A DNA stretch of 27,662 bases from a virus (lineage: Duplodnaviria > Caudoviricetes). The position numbers and the translations under genes were made by a program. Under the pieces are notes generated by a model that was not told the origin of the DNA, searched no databases, and was given only the letters and a program-made list of their open reading frames with translations. Shown here one piece after another: positions 18,506 to 25,915 of the stretch; position 1 is the first letter of the stretch; every line of letters starts with the position of its first letter. Location: the IMG/VR virus record IMGVR_UViG_3300020402_000279, positions 1 to 27,662 of that record; one strand, given 5' to 3'.

Positions 18506-19027
18506 ATGCTAATGAAAACAGATAATTTTGGAATACCCAGATTCACGAGCGAGGATCTAATAGATTTAATCTATGAAGGTAATATTAACAAGTGCCATAC
18601 GGTGCTATGCGATCCTAGTGAGGACATAGATAAGTTTAACACACTAGCAGAACACTCTGGTATTCCTAAACTTAAAACTTATAAAGAGATAGATGTATCC
18701 AAAGAACAGTTTGACGAAGTTTGTCAAAGTGATTGGTTCATGCCTGATTACTACAAGACATTAGACATAGAAAAATATGTTAAAGATAAATGTAAAGATC
18801 AAAAGGAAATTGATAGGGTAGAACAAGAACTAGTAGAGTATAAAAAAAGACAAATGTACAATCTGCTTAGATACATGGTTTATCTAGTAGACTTTATGAG
18901 AGAAAACCACATAGTGTGGGGTGTAGGAAGAGGGTCAAGTGTAGCCAGCTACATACTATATTTAATTGGTATACATAAAGTAAATTCGATCCAATATGAG
19001 CTAGATTACACCGAGTTCTTGAGATAA
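18506..19027 (+). CDS. dnaE: Stand-alone fragment of a DNA polymerase III alpha (DnaE, family C) palm/NTPase region
   Basis: RVEQELVEY...LVDFMRENHIVWGVGRGSSVASYILYLIGIHKVNSIQYELDYTEFLR matches DnaE [35 protein letters not shown]. It ends before the PDxD catalytic motif. Confidence 0.8.
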   Translation: MLMKTDNFGIPRFTSEDLIDLIYEGNINKCHTVLCDPSEDIDKFNTLAEHSGIPKLKTYKEIDVSKEQFDEVCQSDWFMPDYYKTLDIEKYVKDKCKDQKEIDRVEQELVEYKKRQMYNLLRYMVYLVDFMRENHIVWGVGRGSSVASYILYLIGIHKVNSIQYELDYTEFLR

Positions 19028-19030
19028 GTA
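19025..19030 (+). promoter_or_regulatory. Variant late-like box TAAGTA
   Basis: Starts at the DnaE-fragment stop codon; 24 nt before ATG 19055 with a strong AAGGAGGT RBS. Confidence 0.35.
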
Positions 19031-19054
19031 CATATATAATAAAGGAGGTCAGTT

Positions 19055-19447
19055 ATGGCAGTCAGACAAACAGGTAGAAAGCAATACCGTACAATGCAGG
19101 GTAAAAACATTGATATGGATCTACTACGCCAAAGAAATGAACTTACTCCAGCAGTTGGCAACGTAAGAGTTAACGCTAGAGGAGATGAATTAGGTCCAGG
19201 CGGAAAGATCGTTAGAAAGCGTGAAGATGTCCTAAGAGACTATTACGAAGATAATGTTCCTGCTACAGAGTTTGAAACTCCAGCTCCTTCAGTAAAAGAA
19301 GAAGCTGATGAAGCTCCAGCAGTACAAGTAGAAGAAGTCAAAAAATCTTCTAGTATAAAAACAAAAGCTGGAAAAACAAAAGCTGAAACAGCTGAAGAAG
19401 ATTGGGTAGAAGACAAAGACGGCAATTTTGTTAAAAGAGGTGCGTAA
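19055..19447 (+). CDS. Hypothetical phage protein with a conserved-looking N-terminus and a charged low-complexity C-terminus
   Basis: Strong RBS; YRTMQGKNIDMDLL...AVGNVRVNARGDELGPGGKIV followed by an E/K/A/P-rich tail. Confidence 0.75.
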   Translation: MAVRQTGRKQYRTMQGKNIDMDLLRQRNELTPAVGNVRVNARGDELGPGGKIVRKREDVLRDYYEDNVPATEFETPAPSVKEEADEAPAVQVEEVKKSSSIKTKAGKTKAETAEEDWVEDKDGNFVKRGA

Positions 19448-19845
19448 TGGCAACTAATCTACATACTATACAGGGAGACCTTACCCCTGTCAAAAATAGA
19501 GTCTTGGTAAGGGATATGTATTTTGGAGAGCAAAAAACAGCAGGTGGTTTAATCATCTCAAATGATGACGGCACCACAAGAGGTATATATCCTAGATGGG
19601 CAAAAGTTTATGCTAAAGGTCCAACTAACAATGATGATTACAATAATGGTGATTGGATATTAGTTGAACATGGTAGATGGACTAGGGGAGTAAAAATTAA
19701 TAATGGCAAGGAGGAGATTGAAATTAGAATGGTAGAAGCAGAAAGCGTTCTAGCAGTAAGTGAAGAAAAACCTACTGATGCTATTATAGGAAAAGAATAC
19801 TCAGATGGCCCAGTTGATATTAGACCAGAAGAATTTGTAAGGTGA
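19447..19845 (+). CDS. groES: GroES/Cpn10-like co-chaperonin
   Basis: LTPVKNRVLV...EQKTAGGLII (mobile loop), AKVYAKGP, GDWIL, ESVLAV. Confidence 0.82.
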   Translation: MATNLHTIQGDLTPVKNRVLVRDMYFGEQKTAGGLIISNDDGTTRGIYPRWAKVYAKGPTNNDDYNNGDWILVEHGRWTRGVKINNGKEEIEIRMVEAESVLAVSEEKPTDAIIGKEYSDGPVDIRPEEFVR

Positions 19846-19851
19846 TGAAAA

Positions 19852-20256
19852 TTGATAGACTTAAAAAAGTATGAAGAATTTGTAAAAGAAGTTACGTCCG
19901 CAGAATCAAATAACAGCTCGTTTATGGCTGACCGACTTAGGCAACTTGAATTTGATTCCAAAACAAATATGGCATTGCTGATGACAGGTGCCATTGGTAT
20001 AGCATCAGAAGGAGGCGAATTTGCAGAAATTATTAAAAAATGCGTATTCCAAGGTAAGCCTATGGATGACGATACCAAATATCATATTAAGCGAGAACTT
20101 GGTGATATTATTTGGTATTGGATTAATTCATGTAGGGCGTTGGATTTAGATCCTAACGAAGTAATACAAGAAAATGTTAACAAACTAAAGGCAAGATATC
20201 CAGGCGGAGAGTTTGATGCTCATTTTTCCGAAAATAGAAAACAAGGTGATTTGTAG
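19852..20256 (+). CDS. mazG: MazG-like nucleotide pyrophosphohydrolase
   Basis: GIASEGGEFAEIIKK, KRELGDIIWY and NVNKLKARYP. TTG start with an AAGGTGA RBS. Confidence 0.88.
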   Translation: MIDLKKYEEFVKEVTSAESNNSSFMADRLRQLEFDSKTNMALLMTGAIGIASEGGEFAEIIKKCVFQGKPMDDDTKYHIKRELGDIIWYWINSCRALDLDPNEVIQENVNKLKARYPGGEFDAHFSENRKQGDL

Positions 20257-20266
20257 CCAAAAGTAG

Positions 20267-20295
20267 TTGACATTCCGTGTTGTTTATGTTATTAT
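20267..20295 (+). promoter_or_regulatory. Sigma70-type promoter TTGACA-N17-TATTAT with extended -10 TG
   Basis: TTGACA 20267-20272, TG at 20287-20288, TATTAT 20290-20295. Intergenic, followed by AGGAG 20305 and ATG 20316. Confidence 0.78.
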
Positions 20296-20315
20296 AAACA
20301 AAATAGGAGTGTATA

Positions 20316-20480
20316 ATGAAGTTTCCAAAACCACAATCAAGCGGCATTGGGACAACAGGAGTTGTTGGTGTTGCTTTAATGACATTACATTTAATTGGTA
20401 TGATAGAAGGTTGGGCTTGGCCTATACTTTATATTCTCTTAATAATTATGGCAATAGGCCAGGAGAATAGGAAAGGCTAA
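20316..20480 (+). CDS. 54-aa two-TM membrane protein (not in ORF track)
   Basis: Hand translation: MKFPKPQSSGIGTTGVVGVALMTLHLIGMIEGWAWPILYILLIIMAIGQENRKG. AGGAG RBS; TAATG coupling to the next gene. Confidence 0.8.
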   Translation: MKFPKPQSSGIGTTGVVGVALMTLHLIGMIEGWAWPILYILLIIMAIGQENRKG

Positions 20481-21157
20481 TGGGTAAAAAAGTTTACGAT
20501 ATTATTAAAAAACGTAAGCATGTGGTTCACTATGATATGAATCAAATTCCACCAAAGGATGTAATTTATAAGCATTTAAAACTCGCTTGGTCTATGACAC
20601 CTTCAAAGCAAAATTGTTTTCCATATAAGATTCATATTTTAGGTCCTGACTTCAAAGAGCAAAAAAAGAAGTTATGGGATTTGGTTGTAAGCAATCATTT
20701 TACAATGGAAGAAAAAGGTGTTGAAGTAGGAATGATAGAAGCAGTGAGTGGCAGACCTAATCCGTACTATTATCATATTAGACATAATCCCTACACATTA
20801 ATTATAACACCGAGATTAGTATTAAAACAAAACGAACATTATACAGAACAAATTAGAGATGGTCATTACATGGAACAAATGGATCCAGTGCGAATGGCAG
20901 GAAGAAAAGATATAGATGCCATTTCAATTGAAGTTGGTATGTTTGTTGCTAATCTTTGTGCTACTCTTATGGAGCAAGGATTAGATATAAGTTATACAAA
21001 TTGTTTTCCTAGAGATGTAAAACACTGGAAAAAGGATTTTGGATTTATTGAATATGCGCCTGTGTTATTAGTAAGCATAGGAAAGGCTGAACATTATAGA
21101 GGGTTTGTCAAAGGAGATACAAAAGCTCCCTTTGAAGATATAATAGAATGGAGGTAG
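20480..21157 (+). CDS. Nitroreductase-like (FMN-binding fold) protein
   Basis: IIKKRKHVVHYD...AWSMTPSKQNCFPYKIHIL, IEVGMFVANL...EQGLDISY and LLVSIGK follow the nitroreductase pattern (Rxx..F/Y, APSxxNxQP, GLxS, lxiG). Confidence 0.65.
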   Translation: MGKKVYDIIKKRKHVVHYDMNQIPPKDVIYKHLKLAWSMTPSKQNCFPYKIHILGPDFKEQKKKLWDLVVSNHFTMEEKGVEVGMIEAVSGRPNPYYYHIRHNPYTLIITPRLVLKQNEHYTEQIRDGHYMEQMDPVRMAGRKDIDAISIEVGMFVANLCATLMEQGLDISYTNCFPRDVKHWKKDFGFIEYAPVLLVSIGKAEHYRGFVKGDTKAPFEDIIEWR

Positions 21158-21158
21158 T

Positions 21159-21290
21159 ATGAAAAAGTACAAAAGAAATTGGTTAGAAAGAAAACTTGAT
21201 GAATACAACCATACTATGGAATTGATTAGAACAATTCTGCCGATTGCTATATTGATCATACAAGTTATAATATTATTAAAGGTTTTATGA
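21159..21290 (+). CDS. 43-aa protein with a C-terminal TM helix (not in ORF track)
   Basis: Hand translation: MKKYKRNWLERKLDEYNHTMELIRTILPIAILIIQVIILLKVL. GGAGGT RBS. Confidence 0.75.
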   Translation: MKKYKRNWLERKLDEYNHTMELIRTILPIAILIIQVIILLKVL

Positions 21291-21454
21291 TAAAAGAAAT
21301 ACTTAAAGATTTAAAAGAATTAAGAGATGAGATGATATCAGTAAATTGGCCTGCTCAGAGATTGAGTAACATTATTACAATATATGAGATAAAGTTACAA
21401 GAGCAAAAAAGTGAAAGTCAAAAATTACAGGATGATTTAGAGCCTATAGAATAA
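21287..21454 (+). CDS. 55-aa hypothetical helical protein (not in ORF track)
   Basis: Hand translation: MIKEILKDLKELRDEMISVNWPAQRLSNIITIYEIKLQEQKSESQKLQDDLEPIE. ATGA overlap with the previous gene. Confidence 0.68.
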   Translation: MIKEILKDLKELRDEMISVNWPAQRLSNIITIYEIKLQEQKSESQKLQDDLEPIE

Positions 21455-21469
21455 GGTACAGGAGATAGT

Positions 21470-22015
21470 ATGGCGACACATGGAATGATAGATTTAGAAA
21501 CACTTGGGGTTAATCCTGATAGTGTTATTATCACAGTTGGTGCTATTAAGTTCAATCCATTTGATAATACTGAACCTCATAATCCTTTGTATCTCAGATG
21601 TGATATAGAAGAACAAAGTGAAAATTTAAATAGAAAAATAGATGATAACACAATGAAGTGGTGGAGTAAACAACCACAGGAAATACAAGATGAGGCATTT
21701 GGAGATCATGAAAGAGTGGGCAGTGACGAACTAACAAAACAACTGAACAAATGGTGCGTTGGTTTAGACTACATATGGTGTCAAGGTCCTACATTTGATT
21801 TTGTAATATTACAGGACTTGTATAAAAATTTAGGTAAGCCTGTACCTTGGAACTTCTGGCAAATTAGAGACAGCAGAACACTATTCAAAATGTTGCCGCA
21901 AGACCCAAGAAAAAAAATACAACAATCCGCACACAATGCCTTAGCTGATTGTTACTATCAAGCTAAATGCGTTCAAGACACATATAAACATTTTGGAGTT
22001 AAAAGTGAAAGCTAG
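21470..22015 (+). CDS. DEDDh 3'-5' exonuclease (Rv2179c/RNase AS-like, exonuclease VIII-like)
   Basis: MIDLETLG, WCQGPTFDFVIL, IRDSRTL and HNALADC motifs. Confidence 0.87.
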   Translation: MATHGMIDLETLGVNPDSVIITVGAIKFNPFDNTEPHNPLYLRCDIEEQSENLNRKIDDNTMKWWSKQPQEIQDEAFGDHERVGSDELTKQLNKWCVGLDYIWCQGPTFDFVILQDLYKNLGKPVPWNFWQIRDSRTLFKMLPQDPRKKIQQSAHNALADCYYQAKCVQDTYKHFGVKSES

Positions 22016-22316
22016 AAAATTAATAGACGGATCTATAGTAGAAGAACTTAAAGAGCCTGTATCATTGGTAATTGAAACCAAGTGTCCAAGCAAATGGAAA
22101 ATTGTTGATATGGAAACAGGACAGGCTTATATTGGTACAGACAAAAACAAAAAGTTTCAGTATTGGCAAGCCATAGACAATGATAGATTGACAAATATAG
22201 AAAAAGAACTTAAAATGTTAAATGAAAAGTTAGGTAAACATATTGACTTTATTGATCAAACATATGAAGGACTTAAAAACCCAATTAATGCGGCTAGGAG
22301 GTGGTTAGGAAGATGA
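22005..22316 (+). CDS. Hypothetical protein (103 aa), possibly a two-part fusion
   Basis: GTG start at 22005 preferred over TTG 21993 because of the GGAG RBS at 21995. Beta-rich N-half and coiled-coil C-half. Confidence 0.65.
   Translation: MKARKLIDGSIVEELKEPVSLVIETKCPSKWKIVDMETGQAYIGTDKNKKFQYWQAIDNDRLTNIEKELKMLNEKLGKHIDFIDQTYEGLKNPINAARRWLGR
22188..22216 (+). promoter_or_regulatory. Intragenic sigma70-type promoter TTGACA-N17-TAAAAT upstream of the clamp loader
   Basis: TTGACA 22188-22193, 17-nt spacer, TAAAAT 22211-22216. Same architecture as the 18470 promoter. Confidence 0.55.
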
Positions 22317-23230
22317 AAGAACTTTGGGTAGAAAAATATAGACCAAAAGACGTAAAAGGTTATGTGTTTAGAGATGAGCATCAAAGAAAACAAGTTGAGC
22401 AATGGATAAAAGATGGGACAATTCCCCATCTGCTTTTTTCTGGTAATGCTGGTATAGGTAAAACAACTCTTGCTAAAATTTTGCTAACACAATTAGAAAT
22501 TAATGACTTAGACGTATTAGAGATAAATGCCAGTAGAACAAATAGTGTAGAAGACGTAAGAGATAAGATTGTAAACTTTGTCCAAATGATTCCGTTTGGA
22601 GCATTTAAGGTTGTATTGTTAGATGAGGCAGATTATCTAAGTCCAAACGCACAAGCGGCATTGCGTGGTGTTATGGAAGAATATCACACAACTAGTAGGT
22701 TTATACTTACTTGTAACTATCCAAATAGAATTATTCCAGCACTACATTCAAGATGCCAAGGCTTTCATATTGAACGTATTGATCAAACAGAATTTACTGC
22801 TCGTGTAGCAGAGATACTGATCGCTGAAGAAATTACTCCAGACATCGATACACTAGACACATACGTAAAAGCTACGTATCCTGATTTACGTAAATGTATA
22901 AATATGGTACAAATGAATAGTGTAAGTGGACAGTTGGTTCCTCCGCAAAAAAGTGATACAGGAGAAAGTGATTGGAAACTTGAAATGACTGAACTATTCA
23001 AAGCAGGACAGATTTCCAAAGCAAGGAAACTTGTCTGTAGCCAAGCTAGGCCAGAAGAGATAGAAGATGTTTACAAATGGTTGTATGACAACATTGATTT
23101 GTTTGGAAATGAAGAAAAACAAGAAAGTGCTATATTAATAGTGAAACAAGGATTAGTAGACCATACACTAGTTTCCGATCCAGAAATAAATTTGGCGGCT
23201 ACTATGATCCGGTTAGCAAGGATGAAATGA
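22313..23230 (+). CDS. Clamp loader AAA+ subunit (RFC small subunit / T4 gp44-like)
   Basis: LWVEKYRP, Walker [15 protein letters not shown], Walker B LLDEADYL and SRC arginine finger. ATG 22313 preferred (RBS upstream, ATGA overlap). Confidence 0.93.
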   Translation: MKELWVEKYRPKDVKGYVFRDEHQRKQVEQWIKDGTIPHLLFSGNAGIGKTTLAKILLTQLEINDLDVLEINASRTNSVEDVRDKIVNFVQMIPFGAFKVVLLDEADYLSPNAQAALRGVMEEYHTTSRFILTCNYPNRIIPALHSRCQGFHIERIDQTEFTARVAEILIAEEITPDIDTLDTYVKATYPDLRKCINMVQMNSVSGQLVPPQKSDTGESDWKLEMTELFKAGQISKARKLVCSQARPEEIEDVYKWLYDNIDLFGNEEKQESAILIVKQGLVDHTLVSDPEINLAATMIRLARMK

Positions 23231-23571
23231 CGTATCTTGTCAATGACAAGTGTATAAAATGCAAACACATGGATTGCGTTGAGGTTTGTCCTGTAGACTG
23301 TTTTTACGAAGGTGAAAACATGTTGGTAATAAATCCTGATGAATGTATTGACTGCGGAGTTTGTGTGCCTGAATGTCCTGTTGATGCTATTATACAAGAT
23401 TTTGAAGATCCTGAAAACAAATGGTACGATTTAAATTTTAAATATTCAAACGAATGGCCTAACATTACAGAAAAACGTGACGCCGATGTCCCTGCTGATG
23501 CTTCTGATTACAAAGATATGAAAGATAAATTCGATAAGTATTTTTCAGAGAAGCCCGGTAAAGGTGATTAA
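23227..23571 (+). CDS. fdxA: 7Fe ([3Fe-4S]+[4Fe-4S]) ferredoxin, FdxA type
   Basis: [55 protein letters not shown] with the C-terminal WPNITEK...PGKGD extension. Confidence 0.93.
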   Translation: MTYLVNDKCIKCKHMDCVEVCPVDCFYEGENMLVINPDECIDCGVCVPECPVDAIIQDFEDPENKWYDLNFKYSNEWPNITEKRDADVPADASDYKDMKDKFDKYFSEKPGKGD

Positions 23572-23891
23572 TGAATTTAAAATGTAAGCACATCTTATTA
23601 AGTCATAAAGACGCAGAGAACAGCACCCACGATAGACCTTTGGGCGTTGCTGTCAAAGAAGCAGAAAGAATAATAAAAGAACTTAAGACAGGTAATATTT
23701 CATTCCAAGATGCCGCAGGACAATTTAGTGCCTGTGCTAGTGGTCCCAGGCAGGGAGGTGATCTCGGTTGGTTTGATGAACATAAGATGCACCCAGACTT
23801 TTCTGAAGCAGTAAAGGTAATAGGCATAGACACAATAGGTCCGCCTGTAATATCTCCATGGGGTGTACACATTGTATTGAGGACAGGATGA
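23571..23891 (+). CDS. Parvulin-family peptidyl-prolyl cis-trans isomerase (PpiC/rotamase)
   Basis: CKHILL, FQDAAGQFSAC.SG..GGDLGWF, M.PDFSEAV and SPWGVHIV. Confidence 0.9.
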   Translation: MNLKCKHILLSHKDAENSTHDRPLGVAVKEAERIIKELKTGNISFQDAAGQFSACASGPRQGGDLGWFDEHKMHPDFSEAVKVIGIDTIGPPVISPWGVHIVLRTG

Positions 23892-24418
23892 ATATAAAAA
23901 AATATGATTGGAACTATCTTATCACACAAAGAGATAGAGATATGGTTTGCGAAGATGTAAAACAAGCAATTAATGATGGAAAGTTTTGGACTAATAGTCC
24001 AAAGTTTCAAACAAACTTTAATGTGTTTGGATTACAAAGTCCGCATTGGATGAAACTTAAAATGAGTTTCATTATGAGTTGTTTTATGTTTTTGGAAAAA
24101 GAAGTACAAATTAAAGCTATTCAAGCATGGAGTTTTATGACAAAACTACCAGGAGAAGATAGAGAAAAACTTTGGCATCATCATTGGCATGACATCAGTG
24201 TTAATAGTATTAGCGGTGTGTACTATGTTCATTTGCCTGAAGCAGATGATGACTGTGGAACAGAATTTGCTCCTAATGGACCAGAAGATAAACTTAGACA
24301 CATGGAGCCACCACTGTTAGGTGGTTGGATAATTTACGAAAGTAAAGAGTGGCATCGACCAGGAAAATTAAAATCTGAAGATTCAAGATTTATAGTTGCC
24401 GCAGATTTAACTTACTAG
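23888..24418 (+). CDS. Putative 2OG-Fe(II) oxygenase-like (DSBH) protein
   Basis: WHHHW...ISGVYYVH...GTEF...WHRP...RFIVAAD pattern. The start at 23888 (ATGA overlap) is preferred over 23858. Confidence 0.6.
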   Translation: MNIKKYDWNYLITQRDRDMVCEDVKQAINDGKFWTNSPKFQTNFNVFGLQSPHWMKLKMSFIMSCFMFLEKEVQIKAIQAWSFMTKLPGEDREKLWHHHWHDISVNSISGVYYVHLPEADDDCGTEFAPNGPEDKLRHMEPPLLGGWIIYESKEWHRPGKLKSEDSRFIVAADLTY

Positions 24419-24427
24419 GAGTTTTAA

Positions 24428-25099
24428 ATGGAAGTAAAATTAATAAGCTATACCAAAGCATCTGAGTTTCAAACTTATCCAGATGGACAGCCATTAAATT
24501 GCCAAGATTTAATTGCTTATTGTGCCAGGGTAAGTAATCCAAGTAATCAAATGAATAAAGAAACAAGCGAAAAACTTATAAAGTATCTTGTTAAACATCA
24601 ACATTGGTCACCTTTAGAAATGGTAAATGCTTGTTTAGAAATAAAAACAACACGGGATATAGCACATCAAATTGTCAGACATCGCAGTTTCAGTTTCCAG
24701 GAATTTAGCCAAAGATATGCTGATCCAGAGGATCAAGGAGATATGTTTGAATACAGTGAAGCAAGATTACAAGATCCTAAAAACAGACAGAATTCTATTG
24801 AAGTTGAAGATAAAAAACTTCAACAGGAATGGGAGTGGGCTCAGATGCGTATTGCCTATCATGCCAAAAAAGAATATGATTGGGCAATCAAAAAAGGTAT
24901 AGCAAAAGAACAAGCACGTAAGGTTCTTCCAGAAGGGCTTACAAAAACCACTCTGTATATGAATGGTACCTTAAGAAGCTGGGTCCATTACATAGAGTTA
25001 CGCGGAGCAAATGGCACACAAAAGGAACACATGGAAATTGCCCACGCCTGCGCCGACGTCATCAGTAATATTTTTCCATTGGCAAAAGAACTAAACTAG
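24428..25099 (+). CDS. thyX: Flavin-dependent thymidylate synthase ThyX
   Basis: AYCARVS, HWSPLE, ThyX motif RHRSFSFQEFSQRY, EQARKVLP and LRSWVHYIELR. Confidence 0.96.
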   Translation: MEVKLISYTKASEFQTYPDGQPLNCQDLIAYCARVSNPSNQMNKETSEKLIKYLVKHQHWSPLEMVNACLEIKTTRDIAHQIVRHRSFSFQEFSQRYADPEDQGDMFEYSEARLQDPKNRQNSIEVEDKKLQQEWEWAQMRIAYHAKKEYDWAIKKGIAKEQARKVLPEGLTKTTLYMNGTLRSWVHYIELRGANGTQKEHMEIAHACADVISNIFPLAKELN

Positions 25100-25819
25100 T
25101 TCATCACCATAAACTTCTAACACTTCTTTTACTGCTTCATGCCTTTCAATATCTTTGTGAGAAAAGGTAACACATGCCAGTCTACTTGCCGATGGGTGTC
25201 TACTTAGATTTCCTATAAAATCTAACAGCCCGTTATCTCGCATACGGTCAGCTTGATTAAGGTCACCGGTCACTGCCATTTTTGATCCTTCTCCTAAACG
25301 AGTGAGTAACATTTTCATTTGACTTACTGTTGAATTCTGCATTTCGTCAGCAATGATATAAGCATTTTTAAAAGTTCTGCCACGCATATATGCTAATGGA
25401 GAAATTTCAATAACACCTTCGTTAATCATTCCCTCTATTTCTCGAGCAGTAAAATACTCTCTTAAAACATCAAATACAGGTCTTGTCCATGGAGCCATCT
25501 TTTGCTCCAAAGTTCCTGGTAAAAATCCAAGATCTTCATCTACAGAAACTGCTGGTCTGGTTACAATAATTTTGTCAACTTGTCCTTCTTTAAAAAGTTT
25601 TACAGCCGTTAATACCGCAATGATCGTTTTTCCTGTTCCAGCCGGACCAATCCCAAAGACTACGTCTTTTCTCGTGTCAGCAAGGGTAAGCAGGTATGTT
25701 TCCTGTGATCTATTTCTAGGGTAGATTTTAACTATTTTTTTCTTTTCAGGAAGGTAATTTGTAAGTTGTACAACATTATTGTGAAAGTTTTTGCTCTTTC
25801 GAGCCCTCTTTGCACTCAT
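25091..25819 (-). CDS. phoH: PhoH-like ATPase
   Basis: GPAGTGKT, IVTRPAV, LGFLPG, YMRGRTF, DEMQN, LLTRLG and GDLNQ. Start reassigned to ATG 25819 (MSAKRARK) behind an AAGGAGG RBS. Confidence 0.94.
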   Translation of the reverse strand: MSAKRARKSKNFHNNVVQLTNYLPEKKKIVKIYPRNRSQETYLLTLADTRKDVVFGIGPAGTGKTIIAVLTAVKLFKEGQVDKIIVTRPAVSVDEDLGFLPGTLEQKMAPWTRPVFDVLREYFTAREIEGMINEGVIEISPLAYMRGRTFKNAYIIADEMQNSTVSQMKMLLTRLGEGSKMAVTGDLNQADRMRDNGLLDFIGNLSRHPSASRLACVTFSHKDIERHEAVKEVLEVYGDELV

Positions 25820-25868
25820 GAAGTGTCCTCCTTTATATGACTTCTGTAGGCATTTCTTCCTACACAAA

Positions 25869-25874
25869 TATTTA
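25869..25874 (-). promoter_or_regulatory. T4 late-like box TAAATA upstream of phoH
   Basis: CTAAATA on the - strand, 49 nt before the phoH ATG. Divergent from the 25916 box. Confidence 0.45.
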
Positions 25875-25915
25875 GTAGGTGTACCCAAAGAGTTAAACAC
25901 AAAGACAATTATGGA

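Noticed and set aside
19270-19400. Short imperfect direct repeats (CCAGC, ACAAAAGCTG)
   Set aside because: Explained by a low-complexity A/E/K/P protein tail; not a CRISPR array or regular tandem repeat.
18900-19447. Split intein, frameshift or stop readthrough joining the DnaE fragment to the next ORF
   Set aside because: No intein N-terminal motif (e.g. CLxxxT) is visible. The next ORF has its own strong RBS and no DnaE similarity or PDxD motif.
20267-20470. 67-aa ORF starting at TTG 20267
   Set aside because: Its start is the -35 TTGACA box. The 20316-20480 frame has an RBS, TM pattern and translational coupling.
22897-22904. Perfect TATAAATA inside the clamp loader gene
   Set aside because: It is more than 300 nt from the next start in AT-rich sequence and cannot be told from chance. 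Similar intragenic TAAATA hits occur near 6369, 11617 and 14589.
25820-25900. 27-aa N-terminal extension of PhoH in the ORF track
   Set aside because: A strong AAGGAGG RBS precedes ATG 25819, and the extension spans the promoter region.
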